From the NCBI GenBank assembly GCA_011109175.1, contig RDEW01000024.1:179199-243198 (forward strand): DNA of 64,000 bases. Direction: 5' to 3'. Made by a program: the position numbers and the translations under genes. Shown here in pieces: positions 62,409-64,000 of this stretch. Within the stretch, counting starts at the first letter, position 1. Every line of letters begins with the position of its first letter. The notes under the pieces are model-generated. The model had not been told where the DNA came from and did not search any database. It was given only the letters and a program-made list of their open reading frames with translations. This DNA comes from Dicyema japonicum (lineage: Eukaryota > Animalia > Dicyemida).

Positions 62409-64000
62409 ATTATTATTATTTAAGCCAAAAAATCACGTCTTAACCAATAACTAATATTCAGGTGATCCCGGCATCTCTCAATTATCGGGCCATTTTTTCT
62501 CGATGCTCCGACCGTGATCCCACGCATTTTCTTTCGGACGGGGGTCTTTTCCTTTCCTCTTCTCTGAAATTGCCTCCAGTTGCCTTTATGATAGACTCGA
62601 GTGCTCTGGGGGCAATTTCTTTATCTGTATATTTTTCTAGTAATTTTTTTGCTCTTGACTGGATCTCTTGAATTTTTGTTAGGTTCGTTGCCGACAGGTT
62701 AGATTCCCATGCAGCACATTGTTGGCTCGACATACTGCTTGTAGAGGGTTCCGATACTTGGCGGATAAATTCCTGCACCGTTCCAAAGGAAGGCCTTTAC
62801 AAAATTGATCTTCTTTGCACAGGTTGATATGATAGATTCCACATGAGATGAGAAGCAGAGGAAAGTATCAAAAATTACTCCCAGTATCTTCTGCGATTTC
62901 TTTTGTGGTATAGGTATTCTATTTAACGTGACATCAATTGTTTGCGTTCCCATCTTTCTATTCTTAGTAAATAAAGTGACTACTGACTTTTCGGAACATG
63001 CATTTAATCGATTTTCGCACAACCATCCATTTATGTTATTTAGTATTCCTTGTAGTCTTTCTTTAGCATGTTCGACATTTACGTTCCTAGATGCGTCAAC
63101 TATGTCATCGGCATAAGAAAGTAGCATGTCATTATTATTCATAGGTACGGGGAGATCACTCAAAAACAAATTAAAAAGGATTGGTGACAGAGGAGATCCT
63201 TGGGGTACACCATTGGGTAATAATCCCGATCTGGAACACTTGGTTCCGACGGACACTTTTCCTCGGCGTCCACTTACGAAATTTGCTAACCATAACATTA
63301 ATGGTGAATCAATTTTTGTCAAAAATATTTTTCGTATGAGGATCTTCTTTGGGACAGAATTGAAAGCTTTTTGAATGTCGATCGTACATATGACCGATTT
63401 TTCCTGTTTTGGCTTGTTCTTGTGTCCTTCAGTTACGAACTTCATTAATGTCGTTAGGAAGGAGGTTGTTGATAATCCTTCCTTGAAGCCATGTTGGAAT
63501 GTATGTTGTGGGAGAGAAGGGCGAATAACTTTTAGGACCAGTTTCTCCAGGATCCTCGACAAAACACATATAAGGGAAACTGGTCTGTAAGAGCCGGGAT
63601 CGTTCATCGGTCTTCCCGGCTTCAATATTGGACGAATTTTTGATAGTTTCCATAAAGTCGGTATGGTATTTATGTTCAGCGATGTGTTGTAGATGATTGT
63701 TAATGCATTTATTGATGATGGGCCCAAGTGTTTCAGCAGAATAAGAGAATTCCGTCTGGGCCACATGAGTTTGTTTTTTTTCTGATTTGATATTGCTTTG
63801 GATACATCTTTAGAGAGAAAATAAATCAGCGGGGCAAATTTGGATGGCTTTCTCTTTATTTTCGTTGTGTGTTAATCTTTTTATAAGGAATGTGACTGAT
63901 TCGAATACAATGTTTCGTATATTTATTCAGATTGAGCTGGCATTGTTCTTTGTTATCTTCGTATTCTGGGTTCTTCAGACGCCTCAACATCTTCCACATG
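62409..64000 (-). mobile_element. Jockey/I-like LINE RT region running off the window end
   Basis: ORF 62699-63766: YRPVSL, QHGFK, IDIQKAFNSV, GVPQGSPLSPILF, YADD, KILG; (TAA)n tail at ~62409-62420. Confidence 0.92.

Noticed and set aside
1-64000. Prokaryotic systems (CRISPR arrays, retrons, DGRs, operons)
   Set aside because: No repeat-spacer array; all RTs carry eukaryotic non-LTR signatures; host genes have spliceosomal introns.

Overview
AT-rich eukaryotic, almost certainly animal, nuclear DNA dominated by transposable-element debris and segmental duplications. Recognisable host genes are calcineurin B (6698-7332), protein-L-isoaspartate methyltransferase (23501-24255, minus) and the box C/D snoRNP assembly factor ZNHIT6/BCD1 (25908-26673), plus duplicated transportin-1 pseudogenes. 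All are split by tiny 21-27 nt GT-AG introns. In calcineurin B these sit at the positions I recall for the vertebrate gene, which suggests a genome-reduced parasitic animal such as a dicyemid or myxozoan (inference). The most interesting feature is invisible in the ORF track: five dispersed copies of a 5-exon gene for a signal peptide + single LAMP/CD68-like domain + TM protein, in two divergent subfamilies, three of them carried on an ~11 kb tandemly triplicated unit. Mobile elements include CRE-like RLE retrotransposons (one near full length, with an N-terminal PHD finger), several RTE families, Jockey/I-like LINEs (one with an intact 843-aa ORF2 and a TSD), hAT Buster/Charlie elements and a MITE with 8-bp TSDs, and a pogo/Tigger element holding nested insertions. 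Single-base indels, often in homopolymers, interrupt even housekeeping genes, so many frameshifts are probably assembly errors. All protein calls are by eye; no searches were run.
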